Origin: a virus
Lineage: Duplodnaviria; Caudoviricetes
Strand: one strand, 5' to 3'
Length of the DNA: 51,206 bases
Virus record (IMG/VR): IMGVR_UViG_3300036823_000047
Span: 1 to 51,206 of that record
In this document: positions 9,224-18,999 of the stretch, piece by piece
Layout: the number at the start of each line of letters is the position of its first letter
Position numbering within the stretch: position 1 is the stretch's first letter
Notes under the pieces: model-generated
Database searches by the model: none
The model's input: only the letters and a program-made list of their open reading frames with translations
Told to the model about the DNA's origin: nothing
Program-made: the position numbers and the translations under genes

Positions 9224-9586
9224 ATGCCTGTAGCAGTTGTCCAGAGTGAGGACCACCGGGAAGAGCTGAAGACGCTCCCTGGTGGTTACGTGGTCATCCG
9301 CGAGATGACCTACGGAGAGCGCATTACTCGGCAGAGCCTCATGGGTGCCATGAAGGTTCTGAAGGACGTTAAGTCGGACTACGCCGGCGAGATCTCGATG
9401 GCGACGGAGAAGATGACTCTCTGGGACTTCTCCCACCTCATCAAGGAGCACAACCTCCAGGACGCCGACGAGCGACTGCTCAACTTCCAGAACGTCCAGG
9501 ATGTTCAGAAGCTGTCCTCGAAGGTGGGTGACGAGGTTGGTTCCCTGATCGACAAGTGGAACAGCTTCGAGGACGAGGGAAACTAA
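9224..9586 (+). CDS. Tail assembly chaperone (gpG-like)
   Basis: GGAGG RBS before ATG 9224; ends in slippery GGGAAAC just before TAA. Confidence 0.85.
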   Translation: MPVAVVQSEDHREELKTLPGGYVVIREMTYGERITRQSLMGAMKVLKDVKSDYAGEISMATEKMTLWDFSHLIKEHNLQDADERLLNFQNVQDVQKLSSKVGDEVGSLIDKWNSFEDEGN

Positions 9587-9831
9587 TACCGCGGCTCAGG
9601 GCATCTATTGTCCTGGACCGCCCCGCTGACAGTGATGCAGTTGAAGTCCTGAACCTCTACCACTTCTGCAAGTTGTTCCATGCTCTACCAAGTAGTGGTG
9701 GCGTATTGGATCAGCCGTTCAAGGTGATGATCCTCTTCGAGGCAATCAGCGCTGCAGAGTCTGAGAGGGATATTCTGGAAGAGGCGCGTCGCAAGCGAGA
9801 GGCGAAACAAAGTGCCGGCAACCGTTCGTGA
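9577..9831 (+). CDS. Tail assembly chaperone -1 frameshift extension (gpGT-like)
   Basis: G-GGA-AAC at 9577-9583; -1 frame is open to 9831 (LPSSGGVLDQP). Confidence 0.85.
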   Translation, partial: GKLIPRLRASIVLDRPADSDAVEVLNLYHFCKLFHALPSSGGVLDQPFKVMILFEAISAAESERDILEEARRKREAKQSAGNRS

Positions 9832-12800
9832 CATCCTTCTTATGATCCGTGCGAAAGATGATGCAACACGGTCGCTGAACTCTGTCTCAAGCTCCATGCG
9901 CCGTGCCTCGTCCCAGGCACAAGCAGCAGGAGCACGTGCGAACGCTGCAGCTCTTCGAGCAGCTGCACAGCAGGGCCGCGTCAATGGTATGACAAACCAG
10001 CAGGTCGCGGCCCTGCGTCAGAACGCTACTGCGTGGGAGAACCACGCACGTGAGATCGAACGTGACAACAGTCGTATGCAGGAGATGGGTCAGACCATCT
10101 CTGGTGTAGGCCAGCTCATGACTACTGCTGGGCTAGGCATCGCTGCTGCAGGCGCTGTTGGCGTTGTCGCACTGGGTAAGACTGTAGGTGCGGCAGAAGA
10201 GTGGGACCGTCAGGTACGTCTTACTTGGACGCAGGTCGATAAGAAGTACAAGCCCTCGCTCCAGGCTCTTGGTGACATCGGTATTGATGTTGCCAAGAAG
10301 GTGGCAGTCCCATTCGATCAGATCCAGACGGCCTTGTTCGACATCTTCTCATCGATGGACGTTAGCCTCCCGCAGGCACAGAGCCTGATGATGTCATTCT
10401 CTAAGGCAGCCGTTGCTGGTCAGACTGATGTGCAGACGGCGTCTCGTGCAACCATTGGTCTGATGAACACCTTCGACGTACCTATCAAGGACGTCAACAA
10501 GGTTCTGAACTCTCAGTTCGAACTTGTCAAGGAAGGTGTCGGTACCTACGAGGAGTGGGCTAAGACCCTCGGTAACGTTTCACCTTCGGCTCGACGCGCT
10601 GGCCAGTCTATGGACACCATGATGGCTGCGCTCGCTACTGCTACTCGTCAAGGTATGACAGCCGCTCGGGCATCGACTTCAGTCGCACGTGCCTTCGACG
10701 CGATGTCGAATCCGAAGACAGAGAAGAACCTTCAGGCACTGGGTATTGCCACACGTGATGCCAAGGGGCAGTTCCTTCCCATGGTTGATGTGCTCGGCAA
10801 GTGGAAGGCACAACTTGACAAGCTGCCTGAGAAGGATAAGGTCAAGGAGATCCTTGACGTTATGAAGGGTGCTGGCGGCACCATTGAGGCGCGCCGCTTC
10901 CTTCAGAACATCCTCCTCACCAAGGGAGGCTTGGGCCTCTTCCAGACTGAGCTCAAGGCGTTCTCCACAGACAAGGACGCCTTCAAGCGTGGCTACAATG
11001 AGATGGCAGGCTCTGTCGCTTCGCAGACCACGTTGCTCAACAACGGCTGGCAGACTCTTAAGGTCACTGTTGGACATGCTCTCACTCCTGTTCTTCTTGA
11101 CCTAGTCAAGAAGGGTCAGAAGCTGATCGACTGGTTCAATAATCTTCCTGCACCTGTTAAGGAACTAATCGCGAAGCTTGCTCTCCTTGCATCTGTGCTC
11201 CTGATCATTAGTGGTGCTGCCACGATCATCGTAGGTGCACTACTTGCACTGGCTGGAGCAATCGCCGCAGCAGGTACAGCCATTCTTCCTGTCCTGGCTG
11301 GTATGACTCTTCTTGGCGGTGCCTTCGTCGCTATCGGTGGGGCGATCGCAGGCTTCGTCGCTCTAATGGTGCTGGCATGGCAGAAGAGTTCAAACTTCCG
11401 TGGCATGCTCCACGACATCTGGAACGATGTTAAGACGGATGCTGGTGTCTTTGTCGACGCTGGTAAGAAGATCTGGTCAGCAGCTCAGGCACAGATCGTT
11501 CCTGCTTTGAAGAATGTCTGGACAGTCATCGACCAGCAGTACATCCCAGCCATTCGTGATGCGATCAAGTGGATGCAGGATCATCTGCTTCCAGTCTTCC
11601 AGGCCATTGCAGCGTACGCCGAAGCACGTATCATTCCAGCGTTCAACCAGATCAAGGACGTCATCAACAACGATGTCGTTCCTGCACTGAAGTTAATGGT
11701 GGCCTGGTGGAACCAGAATAAGTCCACTCTCGTGCCACTCATCAACATGTTCCTGATGTTCGTCAAGATTCTCGGTGGTGTCGTTGTTGACGTCATCGTA
11801 GGCTTGATCACCTGGATTGCCATCATCATCAAGGTGCTTAGTGGCCTGAGCTACTACGTTCAGACACTTGCCAACGACTTCAAGAACCTTGTTACTGCAG
11901 GCATTAACCTTGTCATCGATACGTTGACACGACTGTACAACACCATCAAGGACGTCATCAAGTGGTTCAAGAGTCTTGGTGATGGTGCTGAGAGTTCCTG
12001 GAAGAAGGTGCCTAGTGTCTTCCGTAACGGCATCGGAACCATCAAGGGCATGTTTAGTAACTCCGGCAGTATGTTGTTCGGTGCAGGACAGAACATCGGA
12101 CAGGGTCTTGCGAACGGCGTCAACAGTAAGCTCGCAGCTGTACGTGCTGCAGGTACGGCAATTGGTAATGCCGTTGCTGCTGCTACACGCGCTTCACTGG
12201 ATGAGCACTCACCGTCAAAAGTGTTCAAGGATATCGGTGCCAACATCGTTCGCGGTCTGACACTCGGTGTCTCGACTGGTGGTACGCAGAAGCAGTTGTC
12301 TACGGCGTTGTTCAACTTGTCACGAAGTGTGATCAACTCCATCGACGCTGCTAAGGTCTCGAAGTCGCTTTCCAAGAAGCAGAAGAAGGCCATGACGAGT
12401 AAGTGGCAGACGCGTTTGTCTTCCACTACCAAGAAGCTGAACTCGCTCGAGAGCAAGCGTACAGCTCTCCAGACCAAGTTGGCTGCGGCACAGAAGAGTG
12501 TGAACGATCAGATCAAGGTTCGTAACGATCTGGCCTCCAGCATCACTGACTCGCTCAGCAAGCAGACTGACCTTACCACTCTGGATGTGAAGTCGCAGAA
12601 GAGTGCCACGTCGATGGCTGCAGGGTTGAACACGCGCTTGCAGGCACTCAAGACGTTCCAGGCTAACTTGCTCAACTTGTCCAAGCGAGGACTTGACAAG
12701 CAGACGATCGCAGACCTTGCATCGCAGGGCGTTGACACTGCAGGTGCGATCGTCCAGACGCTCGTCAATGGTAGCAACGGTGATCTGCAGCAGATCAGTA

Positions 12801-13258
12801 AGATCCAGGGGCAGATCCGTTCGATCGCTAGCCAGACGGGTACTAGCGTAGCAGGTAGCCTCTACAACGCAGGTATCCAGGCAGCGCAGGGTCTGGCTAA
12901 GGGCTTGCAGAGTCAGATCGCGAACATCACCAAGCAGATGACTAGCATCGCCAACGCGCTTGTGAAGCAGATCAAGAAGGAGCTGGGTATTCACTCGCCT
13001 TCAAAGGTCATGCACGCGATCGGTGTGAACACTGCTAAGGGCTACGTCAACGGTTACACTCAGCACATGAATAAGAAGCTGGGCACTATGACGGGTGGTC
13101 TGATCCCGAGTCGCCTCGGTGGTACGTCTTCGGTGGGCTACATGGGCTCGAGTGTCAATAAGGTGTACAACCAGAACATTAACGTCCACACGCAGGAGAT
13201 CGATCCGCGTAAGACGTCCGCGCAGCTCGGTTGGGAACTTATGGGGAAGGTGGGCTAA
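9812..13258 (+). CDS. Tape measure protein
   Basis: 1148 aa helical, TP901-type N-terminal region, hydrophobic stretch, two HSPS motifs; follows chaperones. Confidence 0.95.
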   Translation: MPATVRDILLMIRAKDDATRSLNSVSSSMRRASSQAQAAGARANAAALRAAAQQGRVNGMTNQQVAALRQNATAWENHAREIERDNSRMQEMGQTISGVGQLMTTAGLGIAAAGAVGVVALGKTVGAAEEWDRQVRLTWTQVDKKYKPSLQALGDIGIDVAKKVAVPFDQIQTALFDIFSSMDVSLPQAQSLMMSFSKAAVAGQTDVQTASRATIGLMNTFDVPIKDVNKVLNSQFELVKEGVGTYEEWAKTLGNVSPSARRAGQSMDTMMAALATATRQGMTAARASTSVARAFDAMSNPKTEKNLQALGIATRDAKGQFLPMVDVLGKWKAQLDKLPEKDKVKEILDVMKGAGGTIEARRFLQNILLTKGGLGLFQTELKAFSTDKDAFKRGYNEMAGSVASQTTLLNNGWQTLKVTVGHALTPVLLDLVKKGQKLIDWFNNLPAPVKELIAKLALLASVLLIISGAATIIVGALLALAGAIAAAGTAILPVLAGMTLLGGAFVAIGGAIAGFVALMVLAWQKSSNFRGMLHDIWNDVKTDAGVFVDAGKKIWSAAQAQIVPALKNVWTVIDQQYIPAIRDAIKWMQDHLLPVFQAIAAYAEARIIPAFNQIKDVINNDVVPALKLMVAWWNQNKSTLVPLINMFLMFVKILGGVVVDVIVGLITWIAIIIKVLSGLSYYVQTLANDFKNLVTAGINLVIDTLTRLYNTIKDVIKWFKSLGDGAESSWKKVPSVFRNGIGTIKGMFSNSGSMLFGAGQNIGQGLANGVNSKLAAVRAAGTAIGNAVAAATRASLDEHSPSKVFKDIGANIVRGLTLGVSTGGTQKQLSTALFNLSRSVINSIDAAKVSKSLSKKQKKAMTSKWQTRLSSTTKKLNSLESKRTALQTKLAAAQKSVNDQIKVRNDLASSITDSLSKQTDLTTLDVKSQKSATSMAAGLNTRLQALKTFQANLLNLSKRGLDKQTIADLASQGVDTAGAIVQTLVNGSNGDLQQISKIQGQIRSIASQTGTSVAGSLYNAGIQAAQGLAKGLQSQIANITKQMTSIANALVKQIKKELGIHSPSKVMHAIGVNTAKGYVNGYTQHMNKKLGTMTGGLIPSRLGGTSSVGYMGSSVNKVYNQNINVHTQEIDPRKTSAQLGWELMGKVG

Positions 13259-14110
13259 GTGGACTCGTTCTCCTATCAGTTGGATGACAACGGCATCGTT
13301 CTCAATCCAACTAGCCAAGTCACTCCCTTCGTGGACATCACTACGATTCAGGGGATCGACAGTCCTGAGTTCCGTAGTACTGAGCGTGACCATGAAGGTG
13401 CTGACGGTGGCTTCTTGGATGCAGAGTTCGAGAAGATGCGAACGATCATCCTGGAAGGACAAGTCATTGGAGGTGACGATAGTGTCGAATCCCTCCTAGA
13501 CCAGCTGAAGGCTAACTGGTCTCCTCGACGGTCCACGATCCCATTCTACTACTCACATCCAGGAGCAGGCGATCGAGTTGTCTTCGTCAAGCCTCTTGGT
13601 GTCAAGTTCGACTACACCACACTCCGTCGAATCGGATCGTGCGATGTTCAGTTCACCTGCGAAGCTGAAGACCCCATCATCTACGACGCAGCTCTCCAGA
13701 CCTTCAACTTGGGTCAGGGTCTCGCGATCACCAATGGTTTCGGATTCAGTCTCGGCTTCAGCTTTGGATTTGGTAGCTCCGTCGACCCGAACCAGTCGAA
13801 CGTATTCAATGGTGGCAATCGCCCTGCTCCAGCCATCATTACGATTCCTGGGCCTGTAAGCGATCCAGTAATCTTCAACGACACCACTGGCAACACGCTA
13901 TCGTTCGACATCGATGTGTCTGCCAGTGATACGTTGGTCATCAACTTGTTCTACAGGACAGTGAAGCTCAACGGCACGGCATCTCGACGGAGTACTCTAC
14001 TCGAGCCTGACTGGTTCCTCTTGGCTCCTGGGGATAACTTCCTACGCTACCGGGCATCGACTGCTGGTGGTCCTGCAGCAACTGTATCTTTCCGAAACGC
14101 CTGGAGGTAA
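13259..14110 (+). CDS. Distal tail (Dit-like) minor tail protein
   Basis: Follows tape measure; DP.IY, NGGNRPAP, WFLLAPGDN, AWR C-terminus. Confidence 0.8.
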   Translation: MDSFSYQLDDNGIVLNPTSQVTPFVDITTIQGIDSPEFRSTERDHEGADGGFLDAEFEKMRTIILEGQVIGGDDSVESLLDQLKANWSPRRSTIPFYYSHPGAGDRVVFVKPLGVKFDYTTLRRIGSCDVQFTCEAEDPIIYDAALQTFNLGQGLAITNGFGFSLGFSFGFGSSVDPNQSNVFNGGNRPAPAIITIPGPVSDPVIFNDTTGNTLSFDIDVSASDTLVINLFYRTVKLNGTASRRSTLLEPDWFLLAPGDNFLRYRASTAGGPAATVSFRNAWR

Positions 14111-14115
14111 CCTTT

Positions 14116-15234
14116 ATGGCTATCATCACTCCGCCCGGGTTCCTACAGAACGCCGGAAGCGTACACACCGCCGAGGTGATGCGTAACTCTCAGGCAGGCA
14201 TGCTCAATGGTGCCCGCTCGGCTGCTTCGCTCGTAGCGAGGGGAGGTGTTCACCCCGCACTGGGCGGACAGGCTGCAGTCACTCAGCAGGGTTCTCCCAC
14301 AATGGGCGTCACTGTTGCTACTGGCTCCATCTACGTTCCTGGAACCGAAGGCAGCTCGCAGGGTGTCTACAGCTGTGTCATTGGCAGCTCGACCAACCTG
14401 ACCGTGACTGCCTCGAGCCCTTCGCTGCCCCGCATCGATACTGTTTGTGCTACTGTTCGTGACTCTGCCTACAGTGGTGCGAACAACGACTGGATTCTTC
14501 AGGTCATCGCGGGTACGCCCAACGCTTCACCTTCAGCACCTGCTATCCCTGCTGACTCCATCGCGCTGGCGAACATTGCTGTCGCAGCAGCTGCCACACA
14601 GGTCGTGAATGCGAACATCTCCGATCTCCGGCAGTACATTGGTATGGGAATCATTCCTGTACGCAACGCTGCGGCTCTTCCAAACCCTGCCTACGAAGGC
14701 ATGTACGCCTACACGCTTGACACGAACATCATGTACTTCTACGATGGCGCGGCGTGGCAGCCCAACAGTGAGCGCTACAAGCCCGTCTGTAACGTCGTGC
14801 AGCAGGCAGCAGACATCCAGTCAGGCTGGACCACCGCCACAGTCACTGCTGTCAAGTTCGGTGCAGGTTCAGAGGTCCTCGACACCGACAGTGCACACGA
14901 TGTCACCACCAACAACTCCCGTATCCTCATCGGTGTGAAGCTTGGCTGGTGGCGAATCGGTGCAATATACTGCCCGGCTTCAAACGGTGCGACGACTTCA
15001 GTGCGTGCGGTCATCTATAAGAACGGTTCTCCAATTCCCGGATCGTTCAATGGTCTGCCTGCAGCCAACGTGTTCGTAGGTGTACCCACCGGCGAGATGT
15101 ATGTTCAGGCTACTTCTGGTACTGACTACATCGAACTGATGGGTTACCAGGCGGCTGCCAGCGGTACGATCGGAACTTCCGTCAGTGCTCCCTACGTTGC
15201 AAGCTCCATCTCAGCAACGTGGGAACGTCCCTAG
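14116..15234 (+). CDS. Minor tail protein / tail fibre
   Basis: PRID.V, GTPNASPSAPAIP, NISDLR, YEGM motifs typical of actinophage minor tail proteins. Confidence 0.75.
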   Translation: MAIITPPGFLQNAGSVHTAEVMRNSQAGMLNGARSAASLVARGGVHPALGGQAAVTQQGSPTMGVTVATGSIYVPGTEGSSQGVYSCVIGSSTNLTVTASSPSLPRIDTVCATVRDSAYSGANNDWILQVIAGTPNASPSAPAIPADSIALANIAVAAAATQVVNANISDLRQYIGMGIIPVRNAAALPNPAYEGMYAYTLDTNIMYFYDGAAWQPNSERYKPVCNVVQQAADIQSGWTTATVTAVKFGAGSEVLDTDSAHDVTTNNSRILIGVKLGWWRIGAIYCPASNGATTSVRAVIYKNGSPIPGSFNGLPAANVFVGVPTGEMYVQATSGTDYIELMGYQAAASGTIGTSVSAPYVASSISATWERP

Positions 15235-15246
15235 CTAGGAGGTGAA

Positions 15247-15963
15247 ATGGGTAAGTCAGCAGTAGAGTGGAATGGTGTAGCAATGCTCACGCCCGGGTTG
15301 AAGAACCTGGGCAACCAGATCAATGAGTGGGCACCTGATCGGTTCGGTGACTCCGATGGAGCCGTCGGTGACTACGCCCACACGCAAGAGGATTCCGGAC
15401 ACAACCCGGATGACACTTCGCATCACAATGCGGAGTGGGATGGCGACAAGGACAACAAGCCTGAGATTCGGGCTATCGACGTCGACATCGATTTCAACAA
15501 CGGCTCCAACGCGCAGGCGCTCGTTGACCACATCGTTGGCCTGAGGCCTTCTTCAGTCCTTCGGTACGTCATCTACAACAAGCGCATCTACCGTGCAACG
15601 TCGGGCTGGCCCACTAAGGGCGAGGTCTACGACGGGCCGTCCGCCCACACCGAGCACGTCCACTTCTCCGGTGCGTACTCCGATGCATCGGACGAGAACA
15701 CGTCGTACAACTACAAGCTGGAGGAGATTCCCGTGGCACTGACCGCCGCAGACAAGCAGTGGCTCCTGGAAACCGTCGTCGATGCGGTCGAGGCCGCTGT
15801 CTGGAACCACATGGAGCTTGACCCTCTCTCGACGGCAACCCCGCAGGGCTCTGGTCGTACCGGTGGGTGGGTACGCATGATGGAGAAGCGTCGGTTCGAC
15901 ATGCAGGCCGACCTCGAGGCCAAGCTCGACGGCATCATGGCCGCAGTCACTCCGAAGGCCTAG
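15247..15963 (+). CDS. Endolysin, M15/LAS-type Zn peptidase-like
   Basis: GD.AH..SGHNPD, RAIDVD, LRYVIY, HTEHVHFS (H...D...HxH ligand pattern). Confidence 0.75.
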   Translation: MGKSAVEWNGVAMLTPGLKNLGNQINEWAPDRFGDSDGAVGDYAHTQEDSGHNPDDTSHHNAEWDGDKDNKPEIRAIDVDIDFNNGSNAQALVDHIVGLRPSSVLRYVIYNKRIYRATSGWPTKGEVYDGPSAHTEHVHFSGAYSDASDENTSYNYKLEEIPVALTAADKQWLLETVVDAVEAAVWNHMELDPLSTATPQGSGRTGGWVRMMEKRRFDMQADLEAKLDGIMAAVTPKA

Positions 15964-15965
15964 TC

Positions 15966-17048
15966 GTGACCGAACTCCGTTACGTATTCGCCGATGCTCT
16001 TACTGGTAAGATCATCGACGAATTCCCCATGTTCAGTGTCTCTGTGAGCCTGTCAGTTGATACTGGGGAGTTCACGGGGTTCTTCGGACTTGACCAGTCT
16101 GGGTACGACAACGACCAGCTCATCTCAGCTTCAGTCCCCGGACGATCCTTTGTGATCGTTGAGTCTGAGAACCGTGTCATTTGGGGTGGGCTGGTCTGGT
16201 CTCGTACTTATCAGAGCCAGGCGAAGTCTGTGCAAGTCTACGCCAAGTCGTTGGATCAGTATCCAACCAAGAGGCTCATCCACACGGACTGGGACTTCAC
16301 AGACACTGACCCCCGAAACATCTTCCGTACGTTGTACATGGACATGCAGGCAGATCCATACAGCATCAGTGTTTCAATCCCTGCAGCGTTTGACAATGCG
16401 TCGATCATCGACTTTGACGTAGCAGCAAGTGAACTGAAGACCTACCGTAGTGTGTTCGATACATTGTCTACAGCAGCTGACAGTGGCTTCGAATGGACTA
16501 TTGACTGGCAGCGCGTAGGCAATGCGTACACACGTACCTTACGCGTTGGTAAGCCTCTCGGATCGCCCCTATCAGACAACAGCGTCGTATTCGAATACCC
16601 AGGCAACATCCTGAACTACTGGCGTAACGATACGATCGCTTCCGGAGGTACCGACATGTATGGTGTCGGTGCTGGAGAAGGTGACTCAATGCTTGTATCA
16701 CAGGTTGAGTACAGTGACCTTCTGGCTAACGGTTACCCCCGCCTGGAAGATCAGGTCAGCTTCAAAGACGTCGATGACATGACTGTCCTGGATGGACTCA
16801 CGAAGACGCAGGCTGACATCTACAAGGCTCCACAGCCGGTGTATTCGGTCCAGATGAAAGCAGACCGTGAGCCAGCATTTGGTGACTATGGACTCGGTGA
16901 CTTCTGCAAGTTGGTGCTGAAGGATCCTCTACACCCAGCTCCTGGGGTCACCTTCGCAACGCGCGTCCTGAAGTGGGACTACACACCGCCTTCAAGTTCA
17001 GATGTCGAGCAGGTACAGCTGAGCTTCCAGGGAGACGACAATGGCTAA
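15966..17048 (+). CDS. Minor tail protein (ReqiPepy6 gp37-like hub)
   Basis: GTG at 15966; WGGLVW, FEYPGNI, GAGEG, GYPRLE, YGLGD motifs. Confidence 0.8.
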   Translation: MTELRYVFADALTGKIIDEFPMFSVSVSLSVDTGEFTGFFGLDQSGYDNDQLISASVPGRSFVIVESENRVIWGGLVWSRTYQSQAKSVQVYAKSLDQYPTKRLIHTDWDFTDTDPRNIFRTLYMDMQADPYSISVSIPAAFDNASIIDFDVAASELKTYRSVFDTLSTAADSGFEWTIDWQRVGNAYTRTLRVGKPLGSPLSDNSVVFEYPGNILNYWRNDTIASGGTDMYGVGAGEGDSMLVSQVEYSDLLANGYPRLEDQVSFKDVDDMTVLDGLTKTQADIYKAPQPVYSVQMKADREPAFGDYGLGDFCKLVLKDPLHPAPGVTFATRVLKWDYTPPSSSDVEQVQLSFQGDDNG

Positions 17049-17748
17049 CATCAAGCGGTTCAGGGAAACACCTGACCTGGTTACGAAGCTGGCCGACATG
17101 GAACGTCGACTGGCTCTCCTGGAGAACACTCGACGCATTGGGACAACTTCGATCGACTCAGGACGTCTTGTCGTCAACCAGGGTGACATCGTGTTCGTCG
17201 ACTCCGATGGTCATGCAACGATGACTCTCCAGCATGGTGACACACCTGTCATCCGGATGCTGCCAGGTACTCAGCCAGGGTACCACGCAGCACTGTTCGC
17301 CTGGGACTCTGGTGACTTCGGTGCCATATACGAACAGCACATCGAACAGCAGGATGGTACCAGGGATGGTGGAAAGCTTCTCCTTCAGAAGAATGCCGCC
17401 TACCTGTCACACCAGCCAGCAAGTGGTGCTGAAGCCTTCATCGCTGTAGGCGATCTGGGACTAGGTACGGAGCACTTCCGTCTTCGAGGCCGCTGGCCCT
17501 ACAACACAGGATACGACGAGCAGGATGCCATCATCTGTGGCTTCGATTCTTTCGGAGCAGGCTTCGGTGCGTCGAGCTACTCGTTCCCGTTTACCTTCGA
17601 CCAGGTACCCATCGTGATCTGCAACATCATGAACGCAGGCACAGCAGTAGCGTGGGACCTCTCAGCAGTCTCCACTTCGGGGTTCTCAGTGGCATGGGCA
17701 ACCGGTACTACTGCCAAGACGGTCATGTGGGTGGCGTTCAGGCGATGA
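17041..17748 (+). CDS. Minor tail protein with C-terminal H-type lectin-like domain
   Basis: N-terminal coiled coil (LADMERRLALLE); FPFTFDQVPIV...STSGF...WVA C-terminus. Confidence 0.7.
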   Translation: MANIKRFRETPDLVTKLADMERRLALLENTRRIGTTSIDSGRLVVNQGDIVFVDSDGHATMTLQHGDTPVIRMLPGTQPGYHAALFAWDSGDFGAIYEQHIEQQDGTRDGGKLLLQKNAAYLSHQPASGAEAFIAVGDLGLGTEHFRLRGRWPYNTGYDEQDAIICGFDSFGAGFGASSYSFPFTFDQVPIVICNIMNAGTAVAWDLSAVSTSGFSVAWATGTTAKTVMWVAFRR

Positions 17749-18194
17749 AGATCGAAGACGTTCAGTTCCAGTCCGGGCAGTACGCCGTCACCTTGGTGAG
17801 GCAAGACTCCACACGGGAGAGGCACGTGTTCCCGCCTCAAACAGTTGCAGATCGTATGCAGCAACATGACCTGGGCCTCGATGAGGCAATCGTCCACGTT
17901 CTCAATGAACGTTTCGAAGACAATCCGATCCAGCCGAGTGAAGAGCACTTGGCAACGATCCGAGAGGAGTTCAAAGATGGCAAAGTACACGAAGGCATTG
18001 AGCGCGCTCGGCGCTGGCCTACTGGTAGCGATTCCGTCTCTCGTGGCAGCGGGACAGGATGGCCACGTGAGCCTTCAGGAGTGGCTGACCGTCCTGGGCC
18101 TGTTCGTCCCCGCCGTCGTCGTAGCGTTGTCGCCGGCGAACACGTTGGGGGAGAACCAGCTGGTACAGCAGGTCCTGAACAACCCCAGCGTTGA
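17745..18194 (+). CDS. Hypothetical protein (C-terminal half overlaps holin gene)
   Basis: ATGA coupling at 17745; first ~80 aa look natural, remainder overlaps 17977-18194. Confidence 0.5.
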   Translation: MKIEDVQFQSGQYAVTLVRQDSTRERHVFPPQTVADRMQQHDLGLDEAIVHVLNERFEDNPIQPSEEHLATIREEFKDGKVHEGIERARRWPTGSDSVSRGSGTGWPREPSGVADRPGPVRPRRRRSVVAGEHVGGEPAGTAGPEQPQR

Positions 18195-18327
18195 CAAGAT
18201 CCTGGCGAAGCTTCACGTGTCACCGCAGAACCTGCTTCGTGCACTGCGAGGCAACCTGAACATCCCGCCGGTCAGCACTACCACGACAGGGTCACCTTCA
18301 CCTGTCATCGTGACCGAACAGAAGTAA
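17977..18327 (+). CDS. Holin
   Basis: GAGGAG RBS; KYTKAL-TM-DG.VS..EW-TM-PAN pattern of actinophage holins. Confidence 0.8.
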   Translation: MAKYTKALSALGAGLLVAIPSLVAAGQDGHVSLQEWLTVLGLFVPAVVVALSPANTLGENQLVQQVLNNPSVDKILAKLHVSPQNLLRALRGNLNIPPVSTTTTGSPSPVIVTEQK

Positions 18328-18334
18328 CAAGACT

Positions 18335-18390
18335 CCAACCCCCTTCGTGCTACCGTCGCTCTCCGGTAGTTCCACCACGAAGGGGGTTGG
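18335..18390. terminator. Bidirectional terminator between converging arms
   Basis: 15-bp stem 18335-18349/18376-18390 with inner ctaccg/cggtag. Confidence 0.8.
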
Positions 18391-18397
18391 TCTCTGT

Positions 18398-18850
18398 TCA
18401 CTTCAGCTTGACGAGAAACTCCTGGATGCCCTCAGTGAAGGTTCGATGGTAGAGCCAATGCCTGAGGGCATCTTTCTCGTGCTTCGACTTCGTCTTGATA
18501 CCGAGCTTCTTGATCTTGTCGTCCGTCCAGAAGGCCTTCGCCTGCGATGCGCTCTGCATGTACAGGAGTACGTCGTTGATCTCTGCGAAGGTCTTGATGG
18601 TCCCAACGAACTCTCCGGCCTGGTAGTTCAGGTACTCCTTGTCCCTGTACTCCTTCCGGAACTCGAAGCTCTCGCAGATGATTCGATCCTTGTTCGGATC
18701 GATCATGTTGTCGAGCCAGTGGTACAGGAACGCGTACGGCAGTTGATGCTTGGATACATCCGTGAAGTCCAACGTCACCGTAGCAAAGCCTGCAGCAGTC
18801 CAGTACACGATACCTGTATGAGGTCCAGGGTCAATTGCAAACGTCGTCAC
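18398..18850 (-). CDS. RuvC-like Holliday junction resolvase
   Basis: FAIDPG.HTG, ICESF, HEKDALRH motifs. Confidence 0.75.
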   Translation of the reverse strand: MTTFAIDPGPHTGIVYWTAAGFATVTLDFTDVSKHQLPYAFLYHWLDNMIDPNKDRIICESFEFRKEYRDKEYLNYQAGEFVGTIKTFAEINDVLLYMQSASQAKAFWTDDKIKKLGIKTKSKHEKDALRHWLYHRTFTEGIQEFLVKLK

Positions 18851-18875
18851 GCTTTACCTTTCTTACTCTGTCCCA

Positions 18876-18985
18876 GGCCCGTGTGGAGTTCTTGAGTTAA
18901 CATGTTCTTGTTTAGACAAGGTTAGACGCGAGAAGATCTTGAGCTCTAGAACTGTGTTGCTACTAGAAGTCCTCGCGTCTAACCT
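18876..18985. repeat. Element-A arm plus element-B inverted repeat
   Basis: GGCCCGTGTGGAG 18876-18888; AGGTTAGACGCGAG 18919-18932 / CTCGCGTCTAACCT 18972-18985. Confidence 0.85.
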
Positions 18986-18999
18986 ACGTGCTATCTGGT

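Noticed and set aside
18919-18985. Integron attC cassette array (GTTAGAC and GTTAAAC fit GTTRRRY)
   Set aside because: Arm order is the reverse of attC (GTTAGAC precedes GTCTAAC), and I found no tyrosine recombinase in the genome
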